Shown here piece after piece: positions 40,183 through 50,032 of a stretch of DNA of 64,000 nt. The stretch lies in NCBI GenBank assembly GCA_021844065.1, contig JAKBUE010000006.1:40477-104476 (forward strand). Reading direction: 5' to 3'. The stretch is from a bacterium (GTDB lineage Bacteria > Patescibacteriota > Patescibacteriia > 2-12-FULL-60-25). The first letter of the stretch is position 1, and every line of letters starts with the position of its first letter. The notes beneath the pieces are model-generated. The model was given only the letters and a program-made list of their open reading frames with translations, made no database searches and had not been told where the DNA came from. Made by a program: the position numbers and the translations under genes.

Positions 40183-41250
40183 TCAATCTTCCTCGTCTTC
40201 ACCCTGCTTTCCGCTCTTAAGCGCGGTCACCATGTCATCCATGTCCCCCTCTAGGATGTTCTGGATACTATGCCAAGAATGTTTGATGCGATGGTCGGTG
40301 ATACGGTCCTGCGGATAGTTATAGGTCCTGATCTTTTCTGAACGGTCGCCATGTCCGATCTGCGAACGACGTTCCGCATCCAATTCGCTATGCTTCTTCT
40401 CTTCCTCCAACTCCCACAAGCGCGCTCGCAAGATCGTCATCGCGCGCTCCCGGTTCTGCAGCTGCGAACGCTCATCTTGGCAGCTCACCACGATGCCCGA
40501 CGGCATATGCGTAATGCGTACGGCCGAATATGTCGTATTCACCGACTGTCCGCCTTTGCCTCCGGCGCAGAAAGTATCGATACGCAAATCCTTGTTGTTG
40601 ATCACGACTTCGGTTTCCTCGATTTCCGGCAAGACCGCGACGGTCGCTGTCGAGGTATGGATGCGTCCGGCTTTCTCGGTCGTCGGGATGCGCTGCACGC
40701 GATGCACGCCTGATTCGAACTTGAACTGGCCATACGCCCCTTTGCCTTTGATGCCGAAGACGACTTCCTTGAATCCGCCCTGTTCCGCTTGCGATTCCGA
40801 GATCAGCGCAGCTTTCCAGCCTTTCCGTTCGGCATAGCGCGTATACATGCGGAAAAGATCCGCCGCGAATAAGGCTGCCTCTTCTCCACCCGTTCCGGCT
40901 CGTATCTCGATGATCACGTCATTCTCGTCGTGCGGCTCTGGCGGGACAAGCGCGATTTCGAAAGCTGCCGTCGCATCAGCCAGCCTTTTTTCGGCCTGCG
41001 GCAACTCGAGTTGCGCCAACTCTTTGAGGTCGGTCTCGTCCGACGCTAATGCCACGCGCAAATCCTGCATCGCCCGTTCGGCTGCAGCATACTCATCCGC
41101 TGCCGCGACGACCCGTTGCGCTTGGTCATAAGCACGCGAAAGATCACGGAACTTCTTTTGGTCCGCGATCGTCTCCGGTCGACCCAGATCGTCTTCCAGC
41201 TTCTTGAGTTTTTCGCGCACTTCCAGTGCGGCTTTCTTAAGATCAGGCAT
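40183..41250 (-). CDS. prfA: peptide chain release factor 1
   Basis: '[13 protein letters not shown]', '[14 protein letters not shown]' (PxT-type), '[11 protein letters not shown]' GGQ motif. Confidence 0.85.
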   Translation of the reverse strand: MPDLKKAALEVREKLKKLEDDLGRPETIADQKKFRDLSRAYDQAQRVVAAADEYAAAERAMQDLRVALASDETDLKELAQLELPQAEKRLADATAAFEIALVPPEPHDENDVIIEIRAGTGGEEAALFAADLFRMYTRYAERKGWKAALISESQAEQGGFKEVVFGIKGKGAYGQFKFESGVHRVQRIPTTEKAGRIHTSTATVAVLPEIEETEVVINNKDLRIDTFCAGGKGGQSVNTTYSAVRITHMPSGIVVSCQDERSQLQNRERAMTILRARLWELEEEKKHSELDAERRSQIGHGDRSEKIRTYNYPQDRITDHRIKHSWHSIQNILEGDMDDMVTALKSGKQGEDEED

Positions 41251-41343
41251 ATGTTTTCGCTTACATCGTACCACGTACTGGCTTCTTCAAGCTTCGGCTA
41301 TTACAAAACCGCCATCTTGTAACGGCGGTTCTGTCTTTGATAT

Positions 41344-41655
41344 CTAAGCTTCTGAAAGTTGCGAAGGATTCTTCTGCGCTTTCTTGGCTTCCTTCTGTGC
41401 GGCGCGCTTGACGGTCTTCGCCTTCTTGCCGGTCGTCTTCGCGCCTTTTTCGTCCTTGGCTTGCTGGCGTTCTGCGAACTTCTCGACGCGACGCGCGGTG
41501 TCGATCAACTTCTGTTTTCCTGTATAGAAAGGATGGCACTTGGAACAAAGCTCCACGTGGATCTCTTCGATCGTCGAACCGACGGTCATTTCGTTACCGC
41601 AAGCACACACGATCTTCGCTTTCGGATAGTATTTTGGATGGATTGCCGCCTTCAT
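41344..41655 (-). CDS. rpmE: 50S ribosomal protein L31 with a Lys-rich C-terminal tail
   Basis: '[10 protein letters not shown]...[12 protein letters not shown]...[14 protein letters not shown]'. Confidence 0.9.
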   Translation of the reverse strand: MKAAIHPKYYPKAKIVCACGNEMTVGSTIEEIHVELCSKCHPFYTGKQKLIDTARRVEKFAERQQAKDEKGAKTTGKKAKTVKRAAQKEAKKAQKNPSQLSEA

Positions 41656-41761
41656 ATTAGTGGCGAGAATATATCAAATGTCTGATATTTTGGCAAGTCT
41701 CATCGCTCCTGATGGCCGATTATTGCCCGGAAACGCAAGGCATGGCAATCTACGCAGCATG

Positions 41762-42775
41762 AAAACCGCTGACTTCGACTATATCCTGCCACCCGAAAGC
41801 ATTGCCCAAGAACCCGTACGCCCTCGCGACCACTCCAAGTTGCTCGTACTTGAGCGTGACACCGGCGCGCTGAAACATCAGCATTTTTATGATATCGGCG
41901 ACTATCTCCGTCCTGGAGATCTTCTGGTCGTGAACCGTAGCAAAGTCTTCAAAGCCCGTCTGCTTACCCAAGACCCATCAGACGTCGAGATATTCCTCCT
42001 ACGACCGGATGGTGACTATTGGGTAGCGCTCGCCAAACCCGGACGCAAGTTAAAGGTAGGTTCGACCGTCAAATTCGCCGATGGTTCTGCTTGCGACGTA
42101 ATCGGGAAAAAAGATGATGGGACGGTTCTTCTGGACTTCAGGAAGACTCCGGAAGAAGTCCTCGCCCTGACCGACAAGATAGGTGAAGTCCCGACGCCGC
42201 CATATGTCGGAAAAAAAGTTTCTGACGCCGCCGATTATCAGACCATTTATGCCAAAGAGATAGGTTCGGTCGCCGCACCGACGGCTGGCTTCCACTTCAC
42301 CCCGGAGCTGATGGAAAAACTCAAATCACAAGGCATCGGATTCGCCGAAGTCATCCTGCATGTCGGACTCGGCACGTTCAGGCCGATGAAGACCGAGACG
42401 CTGGAGGAACATGAGATGCACGAAGAATGGCTGGATATACCCACCGAAACCCTCGAAGCGATAAGACAGACTAAACATGAAGGTGGCCGTGTCATCTCCG
42501 TCGGCACGACGACCGTACGCGCCCTAGAATCAGGCATCACACACGGCTTCACTAAACTCTTCATAACTCCGGGTTACAGATTCAAGACCGTCGATGGCTT
42601 GATCACGAATTTCCATTTACCTAAATCCACGCTCATCGTGCTCGTCTCATCCTTCGTCGGTGAACATAATGATGATGCAGACTGGGGCCGTCGTACCGTT
42701 CTGACTGCATACAAAGAAGCGATCGCTAAAGGTTACAGGTTCTACTCATTCGGCGACGCGATGCTGATAATTTAA
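41762..42775 (+). CDS. queA: S-adenosylmethionine:tRNA ribosyltransferase-isomerase
   Basis: 'DFDYILPPESIAQEPVRPRDHSKLLVL...GDLLVVNRSKVFKARL'; the ORF is open from 41660. Confidence 0.9.
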   Translation, partial: KTADFDYILPPESIAQEPVRPRDHSKLLVLERDTGALKHQHFYDIGDYLRPGDLLVVNRSKVFKARLLTQDPSDVEIFLLRPDGDYWVALAKPGRKLKVGSTVKFADGSACDVIGKKDDGTVLLDFRKTPEEVLALTDKIGEVPTPPYVGKKVSDAADYQTIYAKEIGSVAAPTAGFHFTPELMEKLKSQGIGFAEVILHVGLGTFRPMKTETLEEHEMHEEWLDIPTETLEAIRQTKHEGGRVISVGTTTVRALESGITHGFTKLFITPGYRFKTVDGLITNFHLPKSTLIVLVSSFVGEHNDDADWGRRTVLTAYKEAIAKGYRFYSFGDAMLII

Positions 42776-42782
42776 CCATTCT

Positions 42783-42832
42783 GTCATCCCGGACTTGATC
42801 CGGGATCCAGAAACCGTCATCCCTTTTTTCTT
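42783..42832 (+). terminator. terminator hairpin (a member of the 'GTCATCCC...CCGGGATC' repeat)
   Basis: tgtcatcccgga-cttga-tccgggatcc ... gtcatcccttttttc. Confidence 0.5.
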
Positions 42833-43051
42833 GCCACCTTTTTAGTAAAGGTGGCGCCAAAAGCGCCGGCTAGACTCCACTCGCCGGGAAAATCCATCGA
42901 GACTCACTACGCCCCCGCCCGCAACGCCTGAGCGTAGCGATGGCGGGCAGGTCACTATACGCTGCGCTTGACGTTCGGCGTTTACGCTCGCTTTCGACGG
43001 GTGTTTCCTACGGCTCGGTCGCATGCCGGCATGGGGCGAAAACTTTTTTAT

Positions 43052-43098
43052 AAATAGAAGGCCCCGGTGTACAGCTTGTACCCGGGGCTTCTTGGTCC
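43052..43098. terminator. GC-rich bidirectional terminator hairpin
   Basis: gaaggccccggtgtacagcttgtacccggggcttc flanked by A/T runs on both strands. Confidence 0.5.
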
Positions 43099-43702
43099 GA
43101 GACTTGGACCGATGTGGAGGCGCGCGACGCGGTGTCGTCGCGTTGGTGCGTCGCGCTCAGTTGCAGAATCCAGGAAGGGTTCGCGTGCTGCTCAGCGGCG
43201 CGGCGTAGTGTCGTCCGCCGACTGACGCTGAGCAAGTGTCGAAGTCAGCTACCCGAAGTCGTCGATCGTGGCCATCGTGGCCTCGTTGTTCCCGTTCAGC
43301 TCGCGAGCTCGGAGCCCGTGAACTGGTCCTCGTGCAGCGCGTAGTCGCCGGCGCCGGTGAGGAACATGGTCGATGTCGAACTGCGGTTGTCGTGGCGCGC
43401 CGTCGTCAGCTTACAGATATGATCGCTCAGCAAACGGACGCTACCCATAGTTGCTCTTCTCCTTCGGCATGACGTCGCTCTCCTTTTTTCTCTGCGTTTT
43501 TCTTTCCCGCCACCGAAGTGACGGTGCCCTCTGCGGGGCGGCGTGCTGAATGCTTAGCATTCAAGCACGTCTAGCCGATCCTGTCAAGCCTAACCAGGAG
43601 GTTTCATGTCCCTATCCCCCAACACCCTCCAGATCACTGCGACGACCCAGAAGATGAAAAGGATCAGGACGGCTGAACCGAAGCACCAAATGGCTGCCAT
43701 CC

Positions 43703-44209
43703 TTACCTCCACGCCGGATGCTGCATGGTCCGCAGATTCTGCTCACGAGCGGCAATCAACTGATCAAGGAACTCCTTGATCTGTTCGGCCGCCGCTGCAG
43801 CATCTGCCGTCAGGCAGGGCCATGGACTCATCCGGAAGATACCGTTCAGGATATCCGCCGGATTGGCCGGCATCCCTTGGTAGCGCGGAATCACGTGCCA
43901 ATGCAGATGCTCGATTGCTTCGCCGATCGAACAGACGTACACCCGCTGAGGATTCATGGCCCGCGCCACAGCCTCCGCCACGTCACGCAGCAGGAGGCCG
44001 AGCGTCACAGACTCTTCCGCCGTTATCAAGTACACATGCTTCACGTGCCTCCTGGCGCGGACGATCATGTGCCCCTTGAGCGGGGAAAAGGTCGCGTCGC
44101 CAGGATTCAAGGCGTGATCCACGCTCCAGTGGTCGTCGCTGTAGAGCACCCCGCCTGGTGCCACGACCTCGCCTGCGTTCAACTGGCATGCCAAACATCT
44201 CTTCTTCAT
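43703..44209 (-). CDS. HIT-family hydrolase
   Basis: Histidine triad 'HLHWHVIPR'. Confidence 0.75.
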   Translation of the reverse strand: MKKRCLACQLNAGEVVAPGGVLYSDDHWSVDHALNPGDATFSPLKGHMIVRARRHVKHVYLITAEESVTLGLLLRDVAEAVARAMNPQRVYVCSIGEAIEHLHWHVIPRYQGMPANPADILNGIFRMSPWPCLTADAAAAAEQIKEFLDQLIAAREQNLRTMQHPAWR

Positions 44210-44276
44210 GGACAGCTCCTCCGTCGAAAGACCCGTCCGTAAAATAACCACAGTTCACGGACAGCGTCAAAGGCAC

Positions 44277-44633
44277 TTAAAGTATGTTCTCGATCAACCT
44301 CAGATTAGGCCTTTCTCCAGGCAAAACAAGAATCGCCAAAGCATCAACTTGATATTCGACGTCTTCAAGGGCTTTATCTCGAAGATAAGTCTCGACTGCT
44401 CGCGTCAAATGTTTGAGCTTAGTCGGCGTAATCGACTCTTCGGGATAGCCGAAATCCAGGCTATGCCTCGTCTTGATCTCGACGAAATGCAGCTTGCCCT
44501 CTTTTTCGGCGATCAGGTCTATCTCACCCAATCGGCAACTCCAGTTGCGCGCTACGACCCTGAATCCGCGCGAGACAAAAAAGGACGCGGCAAGATCCTC
44601 GCCGCGATTCCCGAAAACCCTTCGTTTGTCCAT
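44277..44633 (-). CDS. yraN: YraN-family (UPF0102) endonuclease
   Basis: 'RNWSCRLGEIDLIAEKEGKLHFVEIKTR'. Confidence 0.7.
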   Translation of the reverse strand: MDKRRVFGNRGEDLAASFFVSRGFRVVARNWSCRLGEIDLIAEKEGKLHFVEIKTRHSLDFGYPEESITPTKLKHLTRAVETYLRDKALEDVEYQVDALAILVLPGERPNLRLIENIL

Positions 44634-44657
44634 CCCCCGAGCCTTGATTACCGATCG

Positions 44658-45110
44658 TTATTTCTTCTTCGGTAACCACTTATTGATGCTCTCTTCTGCC
44701 AGACGCTTCTGCCTGATCTTCGGTATTTCAACTGACCAATAACGATAGATCGTCCAGAACCAAATGCCTACACCGATAAGCCAGAAGATATACAACACCC
44801 GCATCGACAAGACGTTGATGCGTTCGAAAGTGAAGAACTGCAGCAGGAGTCCGACCAAAGACATGGTCACCGCAAGATTACCCAAGCGACCGATGGCCCG
44901 TTTTACCAGCTTATCCTGTTTCGATTTACCTTTTACGAAATAAGCCGCTATACCGGCGACGAACAACAATCCGAAAAACACCCACAGCGCGATATCGACC
45001 CAAAACATGAACGGCGTCGGGCTTAAGGCGAACCAATAGTGTAACGTAAGTGGTGGAGGTAGCTGCATATATTTGCCCCAAAGACTGCCAGAAAAACAAC
45101 CAATAGGCAA
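44658..45110 (-). CDS. hypothetical membrane protein
   Basis: 150 aa with 3-4 TM segments. Confidence 0.5.
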   Translation of the reverse strand: MPIGCFSGSLWGKYMQLPPPLTLHYWFALSPTPFMFWVDIALWVFFGLLFVAGIAAYFVKGKSKQDKLVKRAIGRLGNLAVTMSLVGLLLQFFTFERINVLSMRVLYIFWLIGVGIWFWTIYRYWSVEIPKIRQKRLAEESINKWLPKKK

Positions 45111-45172
45111 GCACTGCCGGCTTCTTCCGTCGTTTCTGTTTTTTATCGGAAACCGAAAATCAAACCTTCTGC

Positions 45173-45799
45173 CTAGGACGACGGAGCTGAATCCTCTAAT
45201 TGCTTATCCGTCCTGTAATATATCAATCCGTAATGGTAGGGCCCTGCTTCGAAACTGTCGTGATATTCGATCAAAGGCGACTCAAGTACTTTTTTCGCTT
45301 CTTCGGCATCTATCCGCTTGTCAGGCGCAGGACCAAGAGGGCTCGCCGTGGTTTTCCACTCCACCACCACGATGCGGCTGCCGGGCCGCGCCAGTCGCGC
45401 CATCTCGCGCAGAAGCTGCGGTTTGTTCTGGGAAAGGTAAAGGTTATTGATCAGCAACGTCAGGTCTAAAGACCCTTCATCGATCCGCGTAGCACCGAAG
45501 ACATCGATATCTGACCAGACAGGGAAGACGTTCCAGAACTGTTGATCTTTGGCTCTGCGTTCGATCTGGTCCAACACGCTCCTTTGGACATCGACGGCAT
45601 ATACTGCGCCCTGGGCTCCGACGAGCTGCGCGGCCGGGAATACGAAATGTCCCAAGGAACCGCAACCCAAATCGGCGACACGATTACCCTGCCTGATCCC
45701 CACGCGCTCCAGCAGCTTGAATGGGTTGATGAGTTCTGTGCCGCTTTGGTTCACCATATTATTTTTGTTGCGGGAATAATGCCGCGCCGAGCGTTGCAT
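45173..45799 (-). CDS. class I SAM-dependent methyltransferase
   Basis: 'VADLGCGSLGHFVF' motif I. Confidence 0.7.
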   Translation of the reverse strand: MQRSARHYSRNKNNMVNQSGTELINPFKLLERVGIRQGNRVADLGCGSLGHFVFPAAQLVGAQGAVYAVDVQRSVLDQIERRAKDQQFWNVFPVWSDIDVFGATRIDEGSLDLTLLINNLYLSQNKPQLLREMARLARPGSRIVVVEWKTTASPLGPAPDKRIDAEEAKKVLESPLIEYHDSFEAGPYHYGLIYYRTDKQLEDSAPSS

Positions 45800-46013
45800 T
45801 CAGGAACGCAGTCCACATATCGGTCGCCCACAGGAAGCCGACAAGGATCAGGATGAGACCGATTGTCTTGTACATGATGTTCGTGCCTCCTCCACCGAGC
45901 TTGGCATCAGCCCATGCGATTGTCCCGAAAGTTTCGATGAACTTCCTTGTTTTCCATACGAACACGAAACCGATGGCCACAAGGACCAGACCGATGATGA
46001 TGCGAGTAATCAT
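45759..46013 (-). CDS. small two-TM membrane protein
   Basis: 84 aa (IIGLVLVAIGFVFVW / LILILVGFLWATDMW); overlaps the upstream gene's end. Confidence 0.4.
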   Translation of the reverse strand: MITRIIIGLVLVAIGFVFVWKTRKFIETFGTIAWADAKLGGGGTNIMYKTIGLILILVGFLWATDMWTAFLNATLGAALFPQQK

Positions 46014-46034
46014 ATTGAGCCCATTATAGCAAAT

Positions 46035-46928
46035 TTACTTGAACTCCGCCCTCTCTCCGTCTTGCGCGACGACCGTATCACCGAAAAATCCTGAAGCGCG
46101 CACTTCGGAGATCATGACCTGCGGTTCGTCCAATCCCATGTAATGCACTAACCACAATCTTTTAGCTCCGCTTTTCAACGCGATGTCACCGCATTGCCTC
46201 GGCCCCATATGGCCATAGCCTCCGGTGTACTCCTGTCCGACCCTGACCTGACAATCCGCGATCAACAAATCCGCGCTCTGCGCCAAAATCCGGGCTCCCT
46301 CGCAGAGTCCCGTATCGCCCGTATATGCGACTGTGCCATACGGAGTCTCCAACCTGAACCCCATGGCTGGATGTTTTCCGTAGCCGTGATAGACGCTGAA
46401 CGCTTTCAAATTTATCCCTGGCTTGAGTTCTTCCTCGAAGCCGTCATCCATGGCTATGAACTGCGGCGCGAACTCGTTCCAGTAACCGCCGTCATTCTCC
46501 GGCTGATGCCAATTCCATACTTGAGGGAAGTCACGCGCCAACGTCTTCTGCAGATAGATCTTCATCTCCGCCGTCCTCGCATCATGCGTACCCCACAGAT
46601 GACGGCAAAGTTTGGCCTGGATGAGTTGGGGCAGACAGGCGTGATCCGGATGCGCATGCGTGACTGCGACATGCGTTATGAGCCCATAATCTATTCCGGC
46701 GGCCTGCAACCTGAAGCGTATCCCTTCGCTGCAATCGAAAAGGATATTCAGGCCATCGACTTCGATCAGATAGGCGGGCGGCTGACGATCCGGGATATGG
46801 TGAACTCCGTTCACGCAAATCCCCGTGCCCAAAGCTAAGACTTTCAATGACATATTTAATAGTATAGAACTTTCTCGTTTGGATGCAGAACAAGGAAAAA
46901 CCGAGCAACGGAGCGACCCGCCCGCCAC
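46035..46928 (-). CDS. MBL-fold metallo-hydrolase
   Basis: 'HVAVTHAHPDH' metallo-beta-lactamase motif; the start is probably MSLKVLALGTG at about 46860. Confidence 0.7.
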   Translation of the reverse strand: MAGGSLRCSVFPCSASKRESSILLNMSLKVLALGTGICVNGVHHIPDRQPPAYLIEVDGLNILFDCSEGIRFRLQAAGIDYGLITHVAVTHAHPDHACLPQLIQAKLCRHLWGTHDARTAEMKIYLQKTLARDFPQVWNWHQPENDGGYWNEFAPQFIAMDDGFEEELKPGINLKAFSVYHGYGKHPAMGFRLETPYGTVAYTGDTGLCEGARILAQSADLLIADCQVRVGQEYTGGYGHMGPRQCGDIALKSGAKRLWLVHYMGLDEPQVMISEVRASGFFGDTVVAQDGERAEFK

Positions 46929-47075
46929 GCTTGCCGAGCAAGCGAGGCATTGCGGGCGCGGCGCGTACTGGAGCGTACGCGGAGCGAATGGCGCAGGTTA
47001 TGACACCGTTATGCGCCAAACGAGGAAGTTCTTACATGATACGCGACATGCGGGATGATTTGTAGGGGCGCTGGA

Positions 47076-47624
47076 TCAACCTAAAATAGCATCCCGTACT
47101 TCCGGCACCTCGATCTCCCCCAACTCATCACCTAAGTGCTTTAGATGCAGAAGATGTAACCGTGCATCAAATTGCTCCGCCAAAAATTTCCCCTCCCCTA
47201 TCGGTACAACATCATCGTCATCCGAATGGAACACGAACCATGTTTCGGCCCTTTGTCTGATCTTCCCGAAATCGATCGGCTCTTCGAACCAACCGACGAA
47301 CCTGTGCTTCAGACGCTCGATGACCGGACTTGGATACTCCCGACAGAATCCTGCGACCAAAAGTATCTTTTTTATTCTCCACTCACCGACTTCCAACGTC
47401 TTAAGCAACGCATACGTCCCCAAGGAATGCGCCACTACGATTTCCGGCTGTCCCGACAGTCCTACGCCTATTTTTTCCATCCACGTAGCCAAAGACGTTT
47501 CGTCACCTAACGCGACACTAGCGACCTCGAATCCACGTGACGTTAGTCCGTCGCTTAAACGCTTCAGCCATCCTGCATCAACCGGACTCTTATAACCATG
47601 GATCAATAAGGCTCGCATACGCAC
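47076..47624 (-). CDS. RBBP9/YdeN-family serine hydrolase
   Basis: 'ALLIHGYKSP...IVVAHSLGTYALL' alpha/beta-hydrolase nucleophile elbow. Confidence 0.65.
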   Translation of the reverse strand: MRMRALLIHGYKSPVDAGWLKRLSDGLTSRGFEVASVALGDETSLATWMEKIGVGLSGQPEIVVAHSLGTYALLKTLEVGEWRIKKILLVAGFCREYPSPVIERLKHRFVGWFEEPIDFGKIRQRAETWFVFHSDDDDVVPIGEGKFLAEQFDARLHLLHLKHLGDELGEIEVPEVRDAILG

Positions 47625-47757
47625 CTAAGATACCACAAACCCCGCTTGTTAAGAGCGGGGTTTGGTTTATTTCTATTTTGATTTTCTCTCCTTCTCATCC
47701 CGTCCGAATCTCTTCAGATGGGAAGTTGAAGGGAGAATCGAGAACCGACCCTCCTTT

Positions 47758-48102
47758 TCAGGCTGCACGAGCGACGATGAGCGTGGCGTGGACGGCTTCC
47801 GCGACTTCTCGGGAACCCGTCCAAAACTCCAGGATCCCGCCGAAAACCTCGACCCAGCGCCCAGTCAAACCGAGCTGATGGACACCATCGGCGCTGAAAA
47901 CGCCTTTGCCGCGGATGACGCGACGCGTTGATGCCAATCCGATGGCGTTTTCGGTCAGTGCGCTGTAATGGACGCCGTCGTCCGTCTTGAAAGGCACGAG
48001 ACGCACGCTACCAGAGGACAGCGTCACGGAATACATCACTCTCACGACGACCTCCAAAGAACATGACTTCTTCTCGTAACGCTTCAGGGATATTCCACCC
48101 AT
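47758..48102 (-). CDS. hypothetical protein (GC-rich island)
   Basis: 114-aa ORF. Confidence 0.4.
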   Translation of the reverse strand: MGGISLKRYEKKSCSLEVVVRVMYSVTLSSGSVRLVPFKTDDGVHYSALTENAIGLASTRRVIRGKGVFSADGVHQLGLTGRWVEVFGGILEFWTGSREVAEAVHATLIVARAA

Positions 48103-48220
48103 CAGTCATAACAAGATTCTTCGCCTTCGGCTCCGTCGTCGAGTATATCGACAACGCGGCTGAAGGGAGGACAGAAGGACTCTGTTCTCGACCTTGAGGT
48201 AGGTAGACTAGGCGTTGCGC

Positions 48221-48982
48221 CTAGAGTATGTCGCCGGGAGCATAGTGCAACGGCGGCCAGTGCGCCTTGATGGTCTTGATGATCACCGCGAGCTCCTCGA
48301 TGCTGGAGGCCTTCACGAACTGCTTCGAGCCGTGAACGGGTCCCGACATCGGACGCCCCTCCCTGTCCTTCTTGTCAGAGAACGGGAAGTTCTCGAGGCC
48401 GAGCGAAGGCAGGTAGGTGCTGACAAAGAAGATGCCGTACGCGGGGTTGTACTGCACCGCCCAGGCGTGGCCGGCGATGTACGCGCCCTGGGCACAGCCG
48501 TCCTGCACGCCGAAGGGCACGCCGTCGACGAGCTGGAACAGCCCCTTCATCTTCTCGAACTCGGCCTTGGCGGCCTCGACGCGGGCAGCGGCGTCTGCGT
48601 ACAGCTTCTCGAACTCGACGAGCTGTGCGTAGAACCCTTCCTTGTTGATTCCGCCCTCGCGACAGATGCTGCACGCCGCGAGCCACCACGTGGTCTCGCT
48701 GTCCGGGCTCATCTCGACGGCCTCGCGTCGCACCTGCTCGACCGCCTCCGGCGTGTACGCGCCGTGCAGGATCGCCGAGAGGCGCTGTTTGTCCTCGGGG
48801 ATGAGCCCGAGCGCGCAGGCGATGCCGGCATCGAAGCCGGGTGCGTTCGCGTCGTCCCCAGTCGGAATCCGCGACGTGAGCGACCCGACGGCGTCGATGT
48901 ACGACGGCCAGTTACCCAGAGCAGCGAGGCGAGAAGCGGCGGCGGTGGCAGTAGCGACGAAATTCGACATGGTAAACCTCAT
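48221..48982 (-). CDS. hypothetical protein (GC-rich island)
   Basis: 253-aa ORF; GC about 62% gives spurious ORFs in other frames. Confidence 0.5.
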   Translation of the reverse strand: MRFTMSNFVATATAAASRLAALGNWPSYIDAVGSLTSRIPTGDDANAPGFDAGIACALGLIPEDKQRLSAILHGAYTPEAVEQVRREAVEMSPDSETTWWLAACSICREGGINKEGFYAQLVEFEKLYADAAARVEAAKAEFEKMKGLFQLVDGVPFGVQDGCAQGAYIAGHAWAVQYNPAYGIFFVSTYLPSLGLENFPFSDKKDREGRPMSGPVHGSKQFVKASSIEELAVIIKTIKAHWPPLHYAPGDIL

Positions 48983-49103
48983 TGGAAAGACCGGACTCCC
49001 TCGGAATCTCCGAACGCCACATGCGCTCAGAGAACCGGTCGGGATGCCAAACGCTGGATGCGCTTGGCAATTTGGAAGGTGCGGAGGAGTGGACTGATCA
49101 CGA

Positions 49104-49616
49104 CTACATGTAGCAGAAATCGCTTCGATGGTTCGTGGCGGGCGAGAGCGTCTTGCCCAAGCGCACGCTCTCCGCGATGGCGTTGGCGACGTTCATGTCG
49201 TCCGTCCAGAACTCGTGGGTACCGTTGCAGAGGATCCACGATCCGAAATGGCCGAGACGCTTCCCGTCGAGGCTGAAGATTTCGCCGTCGCGGATGACGC
49301 GGCGGTGGTCCCCAGCCTTGGACCAGTCAGCGTAGCCGACCGGCTCACCCTTGTCGTTGAGCGTAGCCTTCATGGGGATCGTGTAGTCCCTTCCGTTCTC
49401 GGAAACGAACTCGACGACGTGGACGGCACGACTGTCGGCGGCAACGCAATAGCTCGTGTACATGACTACACCTCGAAGGTTCAAGACACTGGTCTCAAGC
49501 AGCCGCAGGGATTCCTCCCGTTGTACATACTTGAGCTCCAGCTGTCCGCTCGATTTACCGACTTGTTCAGTCAGAAACTCACGCGGATAGCCAGCTTTAA
49601 CATGACAAGATAACAT
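49104..49616 (-). CDS. hypothetical protein (GC-rich island)
   Basis: 170-aa ORF. Confidence 0.5.
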   Translation of the reverse strand: MLSCHVKAGYPREFLTEQVGKSSGQLELKYVQREESLRLLETSVLNLRGVVMYTSYCVAADSRAVHVVEFVSENGRDYTIPMKATLNDKGEPVGYADWSKAGDHRRVIRDGEIFSLDGKRLGHFGSWILCNGTHEFWTDDMNVANAIAESVRLGKTLSPATNHRSDFCYM

Positions 49617-49781
49617 ATTTTGATACTTTTGTCAAGGTATATACTTACAAAAAATGTTTCTAAATTTAGACATTTTTATTTAGCTAAATTAAGGCAAAAG
49701 TTAATTGATTATTATAAAACCGCGATAAACATTAAGGCTGGACAAGCAAACCCCTTTTCTATACCATAAGCCAACAATTAT

Positions 49782-49793
49782 GGACGCCTAGCT
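49782..49793 (+). repeat. 12-nt duplicate of the tRNA-Val 5' end (ggacgcctagct)
   Basis: Exact copy of the first 12 nt of the tRNA-Val gene, lying 62 nt upstream of it. Confidence 0.6.
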
Positions 49794-49843
49794 TCCCCCT
49801 CCGTAAAACTACGGGGGACAGGACGCGAGGCACTAGAAAATTT

Positions 49844-49920
49844 GGACGCCTAGCTCAGTTGGTTAGAGCGTCTCGTTTACACCGAGAAGGTCAGGGGTTC
49901 AAATCCCTTGGCGTCCACCA
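49844..49920 (+). tRNA. tRNA-Val (anticodon UAC)
   Basis: GGACGCC acceptor, D-loop AGTTGGTTA, anticodon stem UCUCG/CGAGA with loop UUUACAC, GGTTCAAATCC T-loop, CCA encoded. Confidence 0.9.
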
Positions 49921-49924
49921 TGCA

Positions 49925-49952
49925 AAAAACCCGCGAAAGCGGATTTTTTGCT
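49925..49952 (+). terminator. terminator after tRNA-Val
   Basis: aaaaaacccgc-gaaa-gcggatttttt. Confidence 0.5.
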
Positions 49953-50032
49953 ATTTCGACTTTTTGTCATCCCAGGCTCGACCCGCCTGCCGGCAGGCAG
50001 GTCCGGGATCTAATCTGTAACCAAATAAAAAA

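Noticed and set aside
42960-43040. tmRNA-like motif 'TTCGACGGG...GCATGCCGGCATGGGGCG' resembling the tmRNA 5' region / PK1
   Set aside because: There is no GGGG acceptor start at the right spacing. No tRNA-like 3' end (T-loop plus CCA) was found downstream. No plausible tag ORF ends in ALAA plus a stop. Only a local similarity.
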